Below, in pieces: positions 59,403 through 64,000 of a stretch of DNA of 64,000 nucleotides. Each line of letters begins with the position of its first letter. Position 1 is the stretch's first letter. Origin of the DNA: Antedon mediterranea (taxonomy: Eukaryota; Animalia; Echinodermata). The position numbers were made by a program, and so were the translations under genes. Where the stretch lies: the NCBI RefSeq assembly GCF_964355755.1, contig NC_092678.1, positions 23,949,365-24,013,364 of the forward strand. Direction: 5' to 3'. The notes beneath the pieces were generated by a model. That model searched no databases, was not told where the DNA came from, and saw only the letters and a program-made list of their open reading frames with translations.

Positions 59403-62400
59403 ATGAATAAAAGTGACAAGGAAAAAGGAAGAGGAAGAGGGAGAGGAAGAGGTAGGTTTCACTCCGTTGTATCTTCGTGTTTATTGATTAAAAAACAATT
59501 ATTGGTTCAAGTTTTTAACACCTTTTTTTAAAATGGAGATATATTGAGTTTTTTAATGTATAGAAACAGACTTACTATAAATATAAATAAACTTACCATA
59601 AGTATAAAACTGGCTATTACTCGAACCATGTTACCCATGTCTTTATTATACAACTATGATATTGCCACATTGTGGTGATGACAGATAAAAAACCAATTAG
59701 ATTGTAATACCTGCAAAACGATTTTGTTTTTCATATCCAAAGATAGCCAACCTAGAAAAACGATACCTCAGGTTGGAAACCGTGACAAGACAGAGATTAA
59801 GCATGAAGAAGGTATAAACTTGTGTTTTTAAATTCAATTAATTAATTGTGTGTTAAAACATATAAAAACATTCAAAACTTGTTTTTTTTAAATAGGCTCC
59901 GAACTATTATTTCTACCCACAATGATCTACTTGTTTTGTAAAATTGGAATAAAATAAAGATTATTCTTTCTTTACTTCTTTCAGTTCCTAATGGCGTGTT
60001 GATGGAAGTGGCGAGGGAACTACCAAGAAACGAATGGAAAAACGTATTTAGGTCATTGATGAAAGAGTATATAACTTTAAAAGATAAATCATTTAACATT
60101 GAGACAAGAATCGAGGAAATTGAGCATAAAGCCCCCAATGACCTACAAGAGATCAAGTATCAAGCTTTAATGAAATGGAAGAATTGCATGGGTAAGGACG
60201 CCACCACTGGCCGACTAAAGGAGGCTCTTACAACGAACAAATTGAAAGGAATCTCAGACAAAATTGACGCATTTGTAACTAAAGGTACCGTATATTGGGA
60301 GTTTGTTTTATTATTTTTAGTCTCTTCTTTCTCCACTTAAACACGGTATTCCTCAAATAGCTGCTGTTACACATATCCAAATTATTCTGCTCTTTCATAT
60401 AATTGGAAAATTGTATTATTATCCATTAACATGCTATTGCCTTTTTATGAGAAACTGTTGCAATTTCAGAAAAGAAAACAGAAAAGGCAGCAATGGTAAA
60501 AGAAGATCAAAAATCGTTTTCAGAAGATACCCTACGGGCGTTACTTCAAAGAGTACAGTCTGACGTTGTAAAATTCAAACAAAACCCAAGTGAGTACATT
60601 GAAAATAAAAAGGCATTCATGGAGGATATTGTAAGCATGTGGAACACACCACATCGTGGAGATGCACATATTGTAATTGGTGTTAACGAAAATTTTGAGA
60701 ACGATGTTACCACTGATAATGAATTTGTTGGTATACAAGAAGAAGACAGGCGAGACAATTCATTTTATAACGCACACTTCGATGAAAACTATTTCAACTA
60801 CAAACCGGATTTTGTTTACACCGAAAAATCTATATGCATTAAAGGTCAGTCAACCAAGACGTGCTTTGGTGTTTTTATTGTACGACATAATGAAGACAAG
60901 GCTAAAACTGAACCATGCGTAACAAAGATGAGACTTCCAAATCCAGATACAAGTTGGATGCCTGACTTAGTATTGGTCCGATCGAAAGGTGAAACAAAAT
61001 ATGCTGATGGACAGTTTCTTGATGATATTCACAATTGGTTTGGAAGTTCACGTACGCATACTTCAACATCGACATCAAAACAAGAAGGTTCTCAAGTTAA
61101 GCAGTTTCTGGAGTATACAGATAATTTCATGAAAACTAGGGCATTTGTCCTAATAACTGACTGTCCATTAGACGCACACAGCGACGCTAACAATAACATT
61201 AGTGATATAGGTTGTGTAAATTGGGTGAAAGTTTTCGACTTTGACATCAACAGTCCAAAATCTGGGATTTTAAAAGAATGCCAAGATATTTTAGATACGG
61301 TATTGAATAAAACAACTTGGACAAATCAGCCTGTCGACCTAAATACCAGATCTACTAATTGGTATTTTCCATTGGGAAACACTATTGAGCAAGAACATGT
61401 GCTTCAAGATTTTGCTTCTTGGAAAACTAAAGCTAGTGGATCGTTCGACATGAACTGTACACAATTAGCAGAATACTGCGCATCAAGAATTCCTTTAACT
61501 GCACTGGTTCTTTGGTATGGCAAAACGAGTCCCAAATATCTATCACGTTTACTATTTTCTGTTGACGTTAAATTAGCCGGCTCTTACAAGCTGATATTAT
61601 GCTGTAACGACAGGACTGCAGACGAGATCTCAGAGTTAAAGCATGCCGTAAGTCAGGATGATGACAACACCATTATTTCCGACATATCTCTCGAGACTGT
61701 TTGTGAAGCTATCAAGCAATCACATACAATTGAAAAGTCAAGTCATAAATATAAAGACTTTCAATTACCACGGGGAAAACCTCATCAAATCCTAGAAATT
61801 CAGCCTAAAGACGCATTGTGGTTAAAAGTGTGTGTTGAAGTGCTTTATCTGAATCATGACTACCGAGTAGAAAATGAAGTAGACGACGAGAAGTTGGGGT
61901 TTGAATTCCATCGTGGAGGCGTTTTGACATGGAATGAACTAAAGATAGGAGGATATGATGCAACCAGAGATCTAACGGATACAATCAAATCAGCAGTGGT
62001 CAATAATATCAGAGAGTCTAAATCGGGAATCATTGAGCTCTATCACGACCCTGGATCCGGTGGAACCACTCTTGGTAGAAGGGTTCTGTGGGAAATACAT
62101 TTATCAAACAAAGCTCCTTGTGTAAATGCCACATCCTCACACGACATCAAAGCACTTTCTAAAAGAATTGAGTTTTTGTATCAGCACACTCTTCTTCCCA
62201 TTGTCGTATTGTTAGATGGTAGTGATAACATTTTCTGCCGGCAACTTCTGAAAATATTGGAAAACTGTATAGTTGTCATTCTTCTCGTACAACGAACTGT
62301 ATCAAAAATACGGAGTACAAAAGATCGTTTTTATCTCACTGGAAAGGTATCTGAAAAAGAAGCAGCAAACATTCTTTTTGCATTCTTAAGGTATACCAGC

Positions 62401-64000
62401 GATAAACAGAGGTTAGCACTTACGGATGTGGCGACGAGTGTGAACAAAAATGATGTGCATGTTTTTGAGTTTGGTCTGGCTGCCTATGAAGAGAAATATA
62501 AGGGTGTACATTCGTATGTCAAAGGCTATCTTGAGTATGATCCCACAAAGCAACTTTGTGGATGGCAACGAGTAGTCTCTTTTCTTGCATTGGCCTATTA
62601 CTATGGCCATGCATCTATTCCTGCTCAATTCTTTGCAGAAATGCTTAGAGTTAGCAAGAAATCGGTAGTTACACTTGAAAATATAAAAGGAGAGAAATTT
62701 ATCATTGAGACGTCTAAAAATGGAATCAAGAAGTGGAGGATAACACATTATGCTATAGCAAGAGAGATATTGGAGCAATTGTTAGGACAAAGCGAAGGAG
62801 CTACAGGTGAAGAAAACCTTTCAATTGATGCAAAAAGAAAAATTGGCAAACTGACATGTGACTTGATAGAAGCTGCTTCTAACACAATCAATAATAAGAT
62901 CAAGTGTGAAGACGTTATGAATGTATTCTCCTCCATGATCATTATTCGCAATTCCGAAAACGACGACGTCAACCAGAAAAAGAAGATAAAACCAAAATTG
63001 TCAAGATTAATGTCTGACATTCCTTCCGAATCACCTTATGAAGAGCGTTTGGAAGTCCTGCGAAAACTTATTGATTGTTTCCCACAGTATGCGAGTGGAT
63101 GGGCACATCTTGGTCGATTCTATTGTATGTGTAGACAAAACGAAATACCTAAAGCTATCGAATGTATTACGAAAGCTATTGATCTACAAGAAGAGATAAA
63201 ACTAACTGATGGTGATCAACATAATAAGGAACTCAGTAACATGTTTCACATGTTAGGTTGTGCTTATAATTACGATGTAAGAAGTATCATTGGAGATGCA
63301 ACAGATTCACAAGATCATGAGACTTTAGAAAAGTGTGTGGAAAGTACACAGTTGGCAATTGATAATTTCATTAAATGTAGAAAATATGTACTACAAGGCC
63401 GCGGACAAACGTACGGTTACAACGGCGAGTTATCTGCAAGACTGACTTTTATTGAATTTATTAAAGACCGCTGCTTCTCAATCGGGTTATCAATCGAAGA
63501 ATTTCTGAAACGCAAAGAAGCTTCCCATTCGTCCAAAGAACTGGTTAGGGAGTGTTTTTCAAAATGTGAAATGTTGATATTAGAATGGAACGACATTTTT
63601 GACGAAGAATATGGCTCTGCATTTTCTGAGAATGTCAATAGGTTTCACCTTGTGTTTAAAGGAGTCGAAAATGCTCTGAAGATGTGGAGTGACGAAAATA
63701 GTGTTCGGAACCGACGAAGTAAAATTACAGCTTACAAATTAAAATACAGAAGTCATAAACAGATTACTAGTATCGACATGGTAACCTCTCCCGACGATGT
63801 TAAGAAGATCGTACAATTACATGAAGCTAATATCAACCAGATATGTGAGGAGCATACAACTGATTACAGTCTTGATTATGACGCAATAAGTTGGATTCGA
63901 GCAATCCGATCACCTTTATGCAAGCCAACATACACTATAGAAAAGGTAATTGGTTACGTTCAGAAATGGTACGCGGAAAATCAAAAATCACCACGGGCAG
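59403..64000 (+). CDS. SAMD9-family STAND-like NTPase with N-terminal Death domain (RG repeat - Death - AlbA_2/Schlafen-like - SIR2-like - NTPase - TPR), 3'-partial; exons 59403-59451, 59743-59811, 59985-60284, 60470->64000
   Basis: Phase-1 GT-AG joins; the last exon is open for >3.5 kb to the window end, which is why the ORF track omits it. Death domain EWKNVFRSL...IEEIEHKAPNDLQEIKYQALMKWKNCMGKDATTGRLKEAL; AlbA_2-like FMEDIVSMWNT..GDAHIVIGVNE; WVKVFDFDINSPKSG; Walker A YHDPGSGGTTLGRRVLWE; Walker B PIVVLLDG; WRITHYAIA; TPR-like WAHLGRFY. These match SAMD9 motifs such as YHHPGCGGTTLAMHILWE. Confidence 0.9.

Noticed and set aside
60470-64000. Bacterial contamination or recent horizontal transfer for the long intronless ORF
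   Set aside because: It is joined by canonical splice sites to metazoan Death-domain exons, its composition resembles the host, and a large single exon is typical of SAMD9-family genes.

Overview
AT-rich eukaryotic genomic DNA from an invertebrate animal; spliceosomal introns and a Deu/Nin-type SINE fit an invertebrate deuterostome such as an echinoderm (inference). Nine genes were reconstructed by hand from splice signals. In order: selenoprotein K (-, 6 coding exons, in-frame TGA, 3'UTR SECIS), an SLC16/MCT-like transporter (+), an intronless, frameshifted SLC18-like MFS transporter (-), an unknown repeat/coiled-coil protein (-), SLC35E3 (+, with a U12-type intron), CDC123 (-), sortilin (+, head-to-head with CDC123), Fez/Fezf (-, intronless CDS, in a gene desert), and a SAMD9-like STAND NTPase (+) with an N-terminal Death domain that runs off the right edge. 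The ORF track misses SelK entirely and all but the Death-domain exon of the SAMD9-like gene. Introns and spacers hold satellites, minisatellites, Harbinger/MULE/Kolobok-type non-autonomous transposons, SINEs and a LINE tail. Highlights: (1) a Death-domain SAMD9-like immune sensor whose Schlafen/AlbA_2 nuclease motif looks inactivated; (2) a family of elements with ~170-bp hairpins carrying regularly spaced, strand-specific tandem G.A mismatches; (3) a CC-loop SECIS; (4) two intronic minisatellites that multiply splice-donor motifs (U12-type in SLC35E3, U2-type in CDC123); (5) an SLC18 paralog with charge-reversed pocket residues. All calls were made by eye without database searches, so exon boundaries may be off by a few bases.
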